Shown: positions 27,067-39,945 of the stretch, piece by piece
How positions within the stretch are numbered: the first letter of the stretch is position 1
How the letters are laid out: each line of letters opens with the position of its first letter
DNA from: Octopus sinensis
Lineage: Eukaryota
DNA length: 64,000 nt
Direction: 5' to 3'
Assembly: GCF_006345805.1 (NCBI RefSeq)
Contig: NC_043002.1
Coordinates: 71,052,001 to 71,116,000 of the forward strand
Notes under the pieces: model-generated
Told to the model about the DNA's origin: nothing
Database searches by the model: none
What the model saw: only the letters and a program-made list of their open reading frames with translations
Program-made: the position numbers and the translations under genes

Positions 27067-27267
27067 TCCTGGTAAAACAAAGCAAGTCTTTCTGATAAAT
27101 GATTTGGTGTGCAGCAATTGTAAATTTGATGTGATTGTTGCATCTCTTGCATTGTTATCACTCTCCGACAGAGAACACACCATACTGTGCATTGAAAGTG
27201 CCATTGAATTTTGCCTTTGATGGCGCAGCTACTTCTAAATTTAACAAAAATAAATGCAGCAAATATC
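27067..27267 (-). CDS. Candidate exon A of the minus-strand gene (phase 2-2)
   Basis: Acceptor ttatcattccag, donor GTAAGT at 27066; 201 nt, one frame open end to end: IFAAFIFVKFRSSCAIKGKIQWHFQCTVWCVLCRRV..SERLALFYQ. Confidence 0.45.
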
Positions 27268-27669
27268 CTGGAATGATAACGACAATTTGAGATGATGCAT
27301 TAGTATTAGATATTTCAGATCATATTCTTAAAGATATTAGTATAACACATTTTCTGGCTGGCAGAGTAAAACTAATCACAGATATAACTTTTAGACACAT
27401 GTCTAAATAGGAAAATGTCTAAATAAGAAATATAGCTTAAAATAGGCACAAATGTAAAGTCATGTTAAGAAAGCTAAATTGGATACCAATGTGAGATCTT
27501 TAAATATTCCAGGAATCAAGTGAATTTGCTTCAAGGCTTATGGTTCTTGGATATTTGAAGCTGTTGCGTTTTTACAACAATAGAAACATATATGGCCGGT
27601 ATTAGCAAATTATAAATTGAAGAACGAAAACATAATACATCTCACAAAATTTGGCATAAATGTCACAAA

Positions 27670-27780
27670 AGTGGTAGATGACACTTGCCCAATGTGCCAT
27701 GCAGTGGGACTGAACCCAGAACCTGGTGATTGGTAAGCAAGCTACTTACCACACATCCTCTAAGCCACGCACCTCCACAC
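27670..27780 (-). mobile_element. CORE-type SINE head
   Basis: gacacttgcccaatgtgccatgcagtgggactgaacccaga. Confidence 0.75.
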
Positions 27781-27938
27781 GCACAACACACACACACAAA
27801 GACACACACACATATTAGGGAGCAATAAAGAGTCGACAAATGAGGAAGGGGTTAGATCTTTGTTACTTGTTTACGTAAGTCTTGGTGATGTCCTGCACTA
27901 CATGTATTTTATATATGTATATATATATACATACATAT

Positions 27939-28005
<67 letters not shown>

Positions 28006-28044
28006 CATACATATATACGGAGATGGGGAGAGAGATAATGACAG

Positions 28045-28079
28045 GCAGATAGATAGTTAGATAGATAGAGAGAGACAGG

Positions 28080-28116
<37 letters not shown>

Positions 28117-28117
28117 G

Positions 28118-28191
<74 letters not shown>

Positions 28192-28195
28192 AATA
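28045..28195. repeat. (GATA)n/(GA)n microsatellite
   Basis: Direct reading. Confidence 0.95.
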
Positions 28196-28594
28196 CGTAA
28201 TCTCCTCTATACTCCGTATTCTAGATCTAAATATATTGTATACACCAGTGAACTACAATAGACATTGGCAAAAATAAAGGAATAAAAAAATAACTCATTT
28301 GCAATAATTATGTGAGTTGCGAAAACGAATGTTTTTTTCTTTTTGAAAAAGTAATAGTGAAAAACAATAAAAATAAGAGAAAACAGTATTTCGTTTTATA
28401 TATTTGTTTTCTCATTTATGCAATTCTACGGAGCTAAAATTGGGACTTCTGGATTACTATGATGTATAAATTTGCTGTGAATGTAATTTCACAGATAAGC
28501 TGAAATGTCATAAGATTTTTCGATGAATTTAACAAAATAACCATGAGTTGATTGTGTACGTACGTATGTATTTATATATGTATGCATGCATTTA

Positions 28595-28603
28595 TCTACC
28601 TAC

Positions 28604-28689
<86 letters not shown>

Positions 28690-28775
28690 GTGTTTGTCTG
28701 TGTCTATCTATGTAACTATCTACTTATGTCTACCTCTACAGTGTATATATATATATGTGTATATGTATATATATA

Positions 28776-28816
<41 letters not shown>

Positions 28817-28825
28817 ATAGTAATG
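28595..28825. repeat. (TCTA)n and (AGT)n microsatellites
   Basis: Direct reading. Confidence 0.95.
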
Positions 28826-28826
28826 A

Positions 28827-28990
28827 ATGCCCTGATGCAGTACCATGCCCTGATGCAGTAACAGACAGTGGCTTCTGATCTTAATTTCTTAATTGATTGG
28901 AAGTGTTATCACGTATATTGTTCTGTTTTGGTATAACAGATGGGCTACAGGAAATATATATTCTGCCCAATACCACAGATTTGGCAAGTA
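28827..28990 (+). mobile_element. 5' fragment of the non-coding TAA-associated element
   Basis: atgccctgatgcagtacc (duplicated) ..aataccacagattt matches 63750-63890. Confidence 0.8.
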
Positions 28991-28999
28991 ATATTAAAC

Positions 29000-31920
29000 A
29001 ATAATAATTGGAAAACGTAAGAGGGAGGGGTTAAGTACATATTATGTAAATGAAATAAATTACCAAAAAGAAAGGTATATTATATACTAAAGGAAAATGT
29101 AAGAATATATAGAGAGAAAGAAAAGGAGATGTATGGAGATTTTGAGAAGATATGAGACCAATATGAGGTAGGTCATATAATTATGAGAGGGGATGCTTAA
29201 ATAATAAATATATCCATATGATATAAGAGGAATAGGTGTGCAGATTATTTGATGATTAATTAATCTTATATCATAGAAAGAGAGATATTTTTAAAAATAG
29301 AGATATTAAAAAGAAAAGGGAAATGATATTTCAATAAAGTTGGGTGGGAGAAATATTATATAGGATTAATAAAAAGGAATTTTGACATGTGTTTATATGG
29401 AAAAAACATTTTCATCTCTAGTATTAACAAGTTATTTTATAACTTTCTTCCAGGAATAATCAGCAAATGTTATTATTATATCTATATTATGGGGCTGAAG
29501 GTAGAATTTTCCAAGATACTGATTCATCTATATTGTTTCTTTTGAGTTGCCAATTTTTTTAGATAGACCTGTGCTATTCTCTTTTCTAGGGTCATTAAAG
29601 GAGATCTATGATTATTTATTCTTAATTTTACAGAATTCCTCGTACAACCGATGTTTGTATATTTAGAGTAATAATGAGTAATAATAGTTGCTTGGTGTAC
29701 TACTTCTTTCATTTTGCAATTTCCATCTAATTCACAAGTATTTTGGTCTCTACAGTTACAATTTAAATTATTAGGTGATACTACGTTCTTATGTCTATAT
29801 GTATTACGAGTAATAGGGTTTTGGCTATTATGATAATAGTAGTTGTTAGTTACAGAATTATTAAAGTATGAAGGTATATTAGATGATGATTTTTATTATA
29901 GAATTGGTCCAGTTTCTTATTATTAAAGGAAGCGATAATCCTAAAAAGTTTTGGAGAGAATGAAAAATCAAAAATCAAAATTTTTTTGTTATTAAATAGT
30001 TTTGCATATTTACAGGTTTTGAAGATTTTATTAATATAATTTCTAAAGGATCTTAATAAAATTGGATGTTAGATGTTTGGCAAAAGGTATTATGATCAAA
30101 ATAGTGTTATTGTTGTTTTCTTTATTATCGTAGTGGGTTATATCTTGGGGTCATCTATTCTTACACGTGGTATTGGTTTCTTTGTTTCTTATAATATTTC
30201 TATCTATATCAATATGATTTCTGTGGTTGAGTGTATTATTGAAAGGATTAGATGAACTACGATAATTTTAATTTTTTTAATGTTTAATGGTTTAGTGTTC
30301 TTATTTCTAAGTATAATTAATTCATTTACGTGTTTATTGTCAGTATTTTGGGTTTTTATTACATTATGAATAATGAATTGTTGAAATTAGTTTTTATTTT
30401 TTATTTTAGTAAGATGTTGGTTATGGTGCTCGTATTGATTAAGTTTATAAGTATGTTTATTGGTGTTGTAGGATTTATGTTTATTGCTAATGTTGTGTTG
30501 ATGACTATTATTGAGAGTTTTTGTTTGTTTGTGGAAGTGTACTAAATCACCAGTTGACTTAGGTTCATTAATAGTCTGTGTTCATATCGAGATAACATTT
30601 GGTAGTATTATCATTGGTGCTGTTGTTTTTATTGTACTTGATTTCATAATTGTATCCTGCCTTCTTAAGAGCTAGATTATAGTAGTCTTTATGTTTATTA
30701 AAACTTTCTTCCTTAGATGATAATAAATTAATTCTTCTTTCTATGTTAGAGGTCAGATGTTTTATAATGTTATAAGGATGGTTACTTTGGGCGTTTATGT
30801 ATGTGATATTGTTGTTAGGTTTGTGGTAACATTGATATGAGGAAGTATTAAGGTTAAAGTTAACATCTAGGACGTTCACAGAGGTATTTTGTTAAATAGT
30901 GATTGATAGTCGTTGGGTTCTGAAGGAATTGTGCAGTCTAGATTTGTAGAGTTCAAGTTTCCTGTTGAAGGTATTTCTCACTAAGAATAGTGCGTTGTCG
31001 CGCTAAAGACTACCTTCCAATTCAGGGAAATTTCTTCTTTAAGTAGGTGTAGAAGGTAAATTCCGCCTAAATCGGCGACTTCGGCGGAGTCTTACGCGCC
31101 CATGGGCACATCGAAACAGTCTGGTGTATCCTTCTTTGTCCAATATTTACCTGGAAATTATAATTTGTCCAGCTTCAAGTATGATTTTAATTTCTTTCCT
31201 TGATAATTTAGTCTTATTCTTGGCGAAGATAAGTGCATTATTAAATGATATAGGGTTGATAGATTGGTAAGAGTTGTCTATGTTGAATTGAATGAATTTA
31301 CATTTTTTCTTACCCCGTATATTGGTGAACCAGGTAATTGTAGCCAGTGTTTTTCACCACAGGTTGAGGTTTATCTTGGATTTCAATAAATGTAGGTATT
31401 TATCTAAGATAAATATGCTTAGTTTTCCAATGTCAGATTTTCAGGGGCCTTACATTTTCGTCAGTACGAAAATTAGGTTTGTGATCTTTCAGGCTAATTG
31501 TAGGCCTAGATGATTCATACACTTCAGTTACGCTGTCGATTCGGTATTCACTCAATATTTGCTTGACTTTAATGTTAATAGGTTTTAGAACATCTTTATT
31601 TATAGTCCTATATTTCCTTGTAATTTCTTTGTGTAGGAGATTATAGTATAAATCTACATCTACATTATATAGACTTCCTGTTTTATCGTACTGTACGATT
31701 ATACCTTTTAACTATTTTGAGTTCATTCACTTTGTGCTTCAAATAACGTAGGTGATTATTACTTAGAAAACTTATTAAAAACTTAATATTTCTTATTAGA
31801 TTCCATAGGTCGTCTTCAACATTTTCTAATATCCTATTTGCTGGTGGGATTTTCCGGGATTTAAAATCCTATTTCAAATTTCAGGAGCATTGCGTCTACA
31901 GTGATGCCTGTAGACGCAAA
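29000..31920 (-). mobile_element. Penelope-like retroelement, decayed (RT plus GIY-YIG endonuclease)
   Basis: Minus fragments: KIPPANRILENVEDDLWNLIRNIKF; ISLKDHKPNF; FDVPMGA.DSAEVADLGGIYLL..RDNAL (RT motifs); VLDVNFNLNTSSYQCYHKPN..SNHP (thumb); KEVVHQATI..IGCTRNSVKLRINNHRS (GIY-YIG-like). Multiple stops and frameshifts. Confidence 0.9.
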
Positions 31921-32036
31921 GACATCTGTGTCTGGAATAAAAATAAAGAAAGCCCCGTATAATGTTCAATATGCGCATTTTCCGTGGGATCGTTTTAACT
32001 ATTTGAGATATCTTTCTTAACACGTTCATTTTTCAG

Positions 32037-32054
32037 AGGAATACAAAGGGGATG
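32037..32054 (+). CDS. Candidate 18-nt micro-exon
   Basis: Acceptor cacgttcatttttcag, donor ATG|GTAAGA. Confidence 0.3.
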
Positions 32055-32141
32055 GTAAGACAAACTATTTGTAAAGAGCCAATATTGTGTCGTTATATGC
32101 TATGTATATGTCCTTGGCTTTTACTCCATTTTCTACGGCAG

Positions 32142-32174
32142 AGGATTATGTCAGGTCACTCTTGGATGCTTTTG
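32142..32174 (+). CDS. Candidate 33-nt exon; spliced to 32037-32054 gives EYKGDEDYVRSLLDAF
   Basis: Acceptor ttttactccattttctacggcag, donor TTG|GTAACA; 87-nt intron; both exons phase 1-1. Confidence 0.3.
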
Positions 32175-32394
32175 GTAACACATAATCCAGTACAGCCTGT
32201 TGCATGGTCGGTTTGTCGGCGACTAAACTGGTAATTACACGGGGCTTCCTTGGTGAGTAGAGTGATTGTTGGACGTAAACACACCAGCATCGATTATCAA
32301 GCGATGTTAGGGGACAAACACAGACACCACCCCCACACACAACCCATACATATATATATATTATATATATATATTATATGTATAATGTATATAT

Positions 32395-32700
32395 AACGGG
32401 AAGCTTTATGAAATAAACAAAAGACGAAGGCAGGTGGAAGAAAACAAACGAACAATTGTAATAGTATGGCGCTCAGAAATATAAATAAAACAAGTCTTTA
32501 ACGTTTCGAGCCTACGCTCTTCAACAGAAAGATACACAGAGAGAGAAAAAAAGAAAGAAGGAGAAAAAAAAAAAATGCGTGCAGTAGCTAACGAATCAAC
32601 ATGGCGATCTGATTTCGGCCAGAGGTCAAAGATCAAACATGAGACGCGAGAGCGAAATAAGGGGAGATAATAGGGTTGCTAAAAGGTTGAGTGACCAGCT
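32395..32700 (-). mobile_element. PLE terminal fragment
   Basis: Same family as 2341-2510 and 45783-45952; contains the hammerhead-like motif at 32495-32532. Confidence 0.7.
32495..32532 (-). ncRNA. Minimal type-I hammerhead-like motif with CUGUUGA core (class B)
   Basis: TCTTT CTGTTGA A GAGC GTAG GCTC GAAAC GTT AAAGA: 5-bp helix I, 4-bp helix II, palindromic ACGU helix III; A6 replaced by U. Confidence 0.5.
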
Positions 32701-32715
32701 AAAAGTGCGTGGGAG

Positions 32716-33050
32716 GGGTCTGGATGTGTGTATGTATAGGGTTGGTGTATGTATTAGTATGTATACGGGTGTGTGTGTGGTGTGTGTGGTGTGTGTGTTA
32801 GATGAGAGTATTAGTGCGTAAGATTGGTCTGGACGTGCGTATGTATGGGGTGGTGTATGTATTAGTATGTATTAGTATGTATTAGTACGTATTGGTATGT
32901 ATAGTTGTGTGTGTGTGTGTGAGAGAGAGTATAAGTGCGTATGCGGGGTCTGGACGTGTGTATGTATAGGGTGGTGGTGTAAGTATTAGTATGTACTAGT
33001 ATGTATTAGTACGTATTCGTATGTATTAGTTGGTGTGTGTATTAGTATGG
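32716..33050. repeat. Minisatellite, three ~110-120 bp units
   Basis: ggtctgga(t/c)gtg..gtattagtat.. units start at ~32716, 32826 and 32946. Confidence 0.85.
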
Positions 33051-33484
33051 CACATCATATGTGATGTGATGTGTTAAAGTCATGTGGTGTAGTGCGGAGA
33101 GATAGAGGGGGAGAGGGGGGGAAAGAGGGGAAGTGAGGAGAAGAGGGGAGGGGGAGAGAGAAGGGGGGAGAGAAGGGGAGGGGAAGAAGAGGGGGAGGAG
33201 AAGGGGGAGATGGAGACGAGGGGAGAAGGAGGTGAGGAGGGGGATGAAGGAGGAAAGAGGAGAGGGAGATGTATATATATATGTATATAATATATGTATA
33301 TATATTATATATATATATATAATATACAGTTCATACAGTTTTCAACTTGAGCGGGTAAAGAAGTAAGTATAAGGACAAGTGAGTTCGAATTCAGCAGGTC
33401 AATATAGAAAGTATATTAAATACATGCAATGCAAGGAATGTGTATATGTTTACATACAAAAGGGACTGTAGAAATTATATCAAT

Positions 33485-33657
33485 GATAGTGAATATTGGC
33501 CGCCAGGATGGAGTACATATTTGAGCAGGCGCGTGAAACAATTAGAGGAAATAAACAAACTTAAGACAGCTTGAAAACTATGTGAGAGATATTTGAACCA
33601 GTAAAAGTTTTACAAAGCAGTTTGTCTGCGCTGAAGATGTTATAACACCAGAGTCAG

Positions 33658-33692
<35 letters not shown>

Positions 33693-33990
33693 ATTGGTAT
33701 GCATGTGAGGTGTATTAATAATACAAATACATGAGAATACTACCGTTCTCTGCTCATATCAGCGGTAGACTTACCATCATTCTATGTCTGTGTACCGTGT
33801 AGAATTGTGTTAGTGTATGTGCGTGTGAGAGTCGTTTCTCGATAAATAGATACACAAAAGGAAGACGACTATATGTGTTTGTTTTTATGGTAATGCTCAC
33901 GTTGTTTCCCACGATAACCAGTACTGGATTTCTAACATTCCTCTTCTTGGCACTCGTAAAGTGCAAATCAGGTTGTATTGTGTTGCAGGG
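33485..33990 (+). repeat. Diverged local copy of 36311-36885
   Basis: gatagtgaatattggccgccaggatgg..gtattgtgttg is colinear with 36311-36885 apart from scattered substitutions and a shorter TG tract. Confidence 0.9.
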
Positions 33991-34064
33991 CAAAAAATAA
34001 TACACGTCACACTATATTTCTTGTAGCCCATCTGTTATACCAAAACAGAACGCTCATCCAACAA

Positions 34065-34098
34065 ATATGTGTAAATATGTATATATGATATGTATATA

Positions 34099-34156
<58 letters not shown>

Positions 34157-34157
34157 G

Positions 34158-34204
<47 letters not shown>

Positions 34205-34209
34205 GTATG

Positions 34210-34240
<31 letters not shown>

Positions 34241-34625
34241 ATATATATATATATATATATATGTATGCATATATATATATATGTATGTATATATAGGATA
34301 TATATATATATATTATATATATGTATATAGGAATATATATATATATATGTATGTATATAGGAATATATATGTATATATATGAATATATATGCATGTATAT
34401 GAATATATATGCATATATGTATATATATTTATATGAATATATGTATATATATGAATATATGTATATATATTTATATATGTGTATAACATATATATAATAT
34501 ATATGAATATATATGTATATATATATATGTATATGTATATATATATGTATAACATATATGTATATGTATACATGTATGTATAACATATATCTGTCTATCT
34601 CTCTCTGTCTATATATATATGTATG
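34065..34625. repeat. Long compound (TA)/(TATG) tract
   Basis: Direct reading. Confidence 0.95.
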
Positions 34626-35291
34626 TATAAGATATATGTGTGTATTTAAAAAAAATACAAGTAATAAATAAATAGCAGCGGCAAAGAAGTAGAACATGCA
34701 ACGTAAAATGGTAATTCGACAAGCATACATGCATGGTTCATTTAGTTCCTCCCACAAATCACCAGGATGCACCAAAATTTCACAATTTAAGACGCTAATC
34801 TTTTCGTGACGAATAATATTGAAATATCTTCTCTCAACCCCGAAAGAATTCAATACAATTAATCATTCAGAAATCAAATTCTGATTCGCTGGAACATGCA
34901 AAAATATTAAAATTTATTTTGGTCACATATGTTCTTAAATTAATTGAGAAAATATTTAAAGAAAAAAAAGACATTCATATCAGAACGAGTTCACAAAATG
35001 GAAATGTTTTTCTTTCTATAAATGGATACATAGCATCCATATCGACACATTTTGTGTTATCAATATGTATGTTTGTGATTTATATAAATACGTATGTGTG
35101 TGAGTGTCTGCTTGTCTGCATGTGCGTATGTGGTATCGCGTGCGTGTCTGTATGTGTATGCTTATATGAAAATACGTATACGTATATGTGTGTATATACA
35201 ATGTGGTAAAAAGTGAAGTAGTAATGCATTACATGGAATTCTATTTCGTTCTTACTCCCGCTCTCTCTCTCCCTCTCTCTCTATCTCTCAT

Positions 35292-35324
<33 letters not shown>

Positions 35325-35494
35325 TATGTATGTATGTATGTGTATATGTATATATGTATGCATATATGTATATATATATATATACATATATATGTACCAC
35401 CACACACACCACATATATATATATATATATATATACATACATATTATACATATATTATATATATATTATATATATATATATAATATATTATACT

Positions 35495-35705
35495 TAATCC
35501 AACCATGAAAACACAAAGAGAAAACACAACAACGCGAGGACGTGGAACAGATATAGTATTATTGGACGCTCGGGCATGAAGGGAAGAAGGAGGGTTTTAC
35601 GTTTCGAGCGGAGCTCTTCGTCAGAAACATAGGAAAAGGAGAGATCCAGAGAAGGGAAGACGGAGGAAAACAAATCGCCAACGGTACACACGCGGTCACA
35701 TAGTT
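35495..35705 (-). mobile_element. PLE terminal fragment
   Basis: Same family as 15560-15770 and 60300-60570. Confidence 0.7.
35594..35628 (-). ncRNA. Minimal type-I hammerhead ribozyme motif with canonical core (class A)
   Basis: GTTT CTGACGA A GAGC TCC GCTC GAAAC GTA AAAC: CUGANGA and GAAA intact, GUA site, 4-bp helices I and II, one extra A before helix II. Confidence 0.65.
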
Positions 35706-36475
35706 CAGTGACCATGTCTTTCCCGTTGTGTATACACACTCACACACCCACACACATACACAAGCATATATAGATTTGTATTTAATACATATTACATACA
35801 TTTATATATGTTTATATATACATAAACAAAAATATACCGCAATATGCATATATTACAATGTATATATATATATATATGTAATACATATATATTTCTATAG
35901 CATATAATGCGTGTGTCTACGTGTGAGTATGTGTATGTGTGTGCCTCTATGTGTGTATGTGCTTCTGTCCGCCAATACGTATAAGTAGACCAGAAAGTGG
36001 CGCTAAATAAGCAAGCTGAGTACCATATTTAATATGTTTAAGAAATAATTTTCCCAATAATTGTTTGTTTGTTTTTTTTATATTTTTGTTGTCAAAATAT
36101 GTCATTGATCAAATATTCTCGTCTAAAACAAAAAAAGCTTCTGATGCACCACTCCAGCTCTTAGTATTCTCTGTTAACTTATGGATCCATTTCGGACCCA
36201 TTATTTCTCTTCAACTCTAAGTAAAGCAGCCATGAACTCTTTAGGAGCATTGCTTCTTTTCTCTGATATCAGTGAATTTTTATTGTGTTGTTTTGTTTTT
36301 TTTTTTCCCTGATAGTGAATATTGGCCGCCAGGATGGAGTACATATTTGAGCAGGCGCGTGAAACAATTAGAGAAAATAAGCAAACCTAAGAAAACTTGA
36401 AAATTATGTGAGAGATATTTGAACCAGTAAAAGCAGTTTGTCTGCGCTGAAGATGTTATAACACCACTGTCAGTT

Positions 36476-36510
<35 letters not shown>

Positions 36511-36532
36511 GTGTATGTGTGTGTGTGTGTGT

Positions 36533-36568
<36 letters not shown>

Positions 36569-36570
<2 letters not shown>

Positions 36571-37705
36571 TAAATTCTGTGAAAGTTACTAATTGGTATG
36601 CATGTGAGGTGTATTAATAATACAAATACATGAGAATACTACCGTTCTCTGCTCATATCAGCGGTAGACTTACCATCATTCTATGTCTGTGTACCGTGTA
36701 GAATTGTGTTAGTGTATGTGCGTGTGAGAGTCGTTTCTCGATAAATAGATACCAAAGGAAGACGACTATATGTGTTTGTTTTTATGGTAATGGTACTCAC
36801 GTTGTTTCCCACGATAACCAGTACTGGATTTCTAACTTTCTCTTCCTGGCATTCTTAAAGTGCAAATCAAGTTGTATTGTGTTGTTTATTAAGCTTGTAT
36901 TTATAAAGATATGTGGAAAGAGAATTAGAAGACGCAATAGACAAATTGAGAAAGTGCAAGTGATAGGGATAAGAGTGTGAAAAAACGGAGAAATCGAAGA
37001 AAAAGAATGAGTGTGTGAGAGTGTATATTATAAAAAAAGTGTGTATTCAAAGAAGCAAAAATAAATAAATAAATGAATTAATAAATAAACAAAACCTAAA
37101 AAAATTCTACATTCATTGGAATCCGTTCAAGTTCGATTTGCTAAAAACAAGCAATGTAGTATTGAACAGTGGTTACTATCGTTAATTTCCGGTGAAAGAT
37201 TGAGTATTATGAAAGTTATATTGTGCAGAAAATGGAATACATACTTTTACTGTTTTTTTTTTATTCTAGAGAAAATATTTTCTTGGTCTACATTGAAATA
37301 AATCAACAGCTAATTCCGAGTGTTGAAATGACAGCGACTGAAAGAAAATAAGTAAGACTATATTAAGAAGGTAAACAGAAAATATTATTCTTCTTCTATG
37401 AATACACACTAATTGACAGTAAATAAGCATGACTATTAAAATATTTATTGGGAATTTGAATTAAAGTTAAATGAACAATTACAATGTTCATATGCATAGT
37501 TTAATGTCTGCATATGTCAAGCATTTTTCACTAATTAACGGACTGTATTTACGGCCATTCTTGTTATGAGCTCTACATAAATCTCGTTACTTTAGTTTCT
37601 TGTAACAAAAGTTTGGGGAACAAAAGAGTGGTAGATGTTTGCAGCAGTAGTAATTAAGAATTATTGCCTTGATTAGAATACATGCCTGTGAACGAAGATT
37701 GGTTG

Positions 37706-37738
<33 letters not shown>

Positions 37739-37829
37739 ATATATATATATATATTCACATGCACATATATATATGTATATATGTATGTATTTATATATAA
37801 TATATATATATATAATATATATATATATG

Positions 37830-37860
<31 letters not shown>

Positions 37861-37885
37861 TATATATATATATATATACATGTAT

Positions 37886-37946
<61 letters not shown>

Positions 37947-38189
37947 CATATATATATATATATACATGAATATACATATGTATGCATATATATATGCATA
38001 CATATTTCAATATATGCGTATACATATATGTATATATATATGTATATACATATGCATATATGTGTGTGTATATATGTATATATATGCATATACATATGCA
38101 TATATGAGTGTGTATATATGTATATGTGTAATATATATATGTATATGTATATATCTGTTTATTTATATATATACATACATATATATATA

Positions 38190-38249
<60 letters not shown>

Positions 38250-38265
38250 TGTGTGTGTGGTGTGT

Positions 38266-38311
<46 letters not shown>

Positions 38312-39459
38312 TGTGTGTGTGTGTGATAAATTCTGTGAAAGTTACTAATTGGTATGCATGTGAGGTGTATTAATAATACAAATACATGAGAATACTACCG
38401 TTCTCTGCTCATATCAGCGGTAGACTTACCATCATTCTATGTCTGTGTACCGTGTAGAATTGTGTTAGTGTATGTGCGTGTGAGAGACGTTTCTCGATAA
38501 ATAGATACACAAAAGGAAGACGACTATATGTGTTTGTTTTTATGGTAATGCTCACGTTGTTTCCCACGATAACCAGTACTGGATTTCTAACATTTCTCTT
38601 CCTGGCATTCTTAAAGTGCAAATCAAGTTGTATTGTGTTGTTTATTAAGCTTGTATTTATAAAGATATGTGGAAAGAGAATTAGAAGACGCAATAGACAA
38701 ATTGAGAAAGTGCAAGTGATAGGGATAAGAGTGTGAAAAAACGGAGAAATCGAAGAAAAAGAATGAGTGTGTGAGAGTGTATATTATAAAAAAAGTGTGT
38801 ATTCAAAGAAGCAAAAATAAATAAATAAATGAATTAATAAATAAACAAAACCTAAAAAAATTCTACATTCATTGGAATCCGTTCAAGTTCGATTTGCTAA
38901 AAACAAGCATGTAGTATTGAACAGTGGTTACTATCGTTAATTTCCGGTGAAAGATTGAGTATTATGAAAGTTATATTGTGCAGAAAATGGAATACATACT
39001 TTTACTGTTTTTTTTTTATTCTAGAGAAAATATTTTCTTGGTCTACATTGAAATAAATCAACAGCTAATTCCGAGTGTTGAAATGACAGCGACTGAAAGA
39101 AAATAAGTAAGACTATATTAAGAAGGTAAACAGAAAATATTATTCTTCTTCTATGAATACACACTAATTGACAGTAAATAAGCATGACTATTAAAATAAT
39201 TTATTGGGAATTTGAATTAAAGTTAAATGAACAATTACAATGTTCATATGCATAGTTTAATGTCTGCATATGTCAAGCATTTTTCACTAATTAACGGACT
39301 GTATTTACGGCCATTCTTGTTATGAGCTCTACATAAATCTCTTTACTTTAGTTTCTTGTAACAAAAGTTTGGGGAACAAAAGAGTGGTAGATGTTTGCAG
39401 CAGTAGTAATTAAGAATTATTGCCTTGATTAGAATACATGCCTGTGAACGAAGATTGGT

Positions 39460-39515
<56 letters not shown>

Positions 39516-39549
39516 CATGCACATATATATATGTATATATGTATGTATT

Positions 39550-39626
<77 letters not shown>

Positions 39627-39631
39627 ACATG

Positions 39632-39703
<72 letters not shown>

Positions 39704-39945
39704 ACATACATATATATATATATATATACATGAATATACATATGTATGCATATATATATGCATACATATTTCAATATATGCGTATACATATATGTATATA
39801 TATATGTATATACATATGCATATATGTGTGTGTATATATGTATATATATGCATATACATATGCATATATGAGTGTGTATATATGTATATGTGTATATATA
39901 TATGTATATGTATATATCTGTTTATTTATATATATACATACATAC

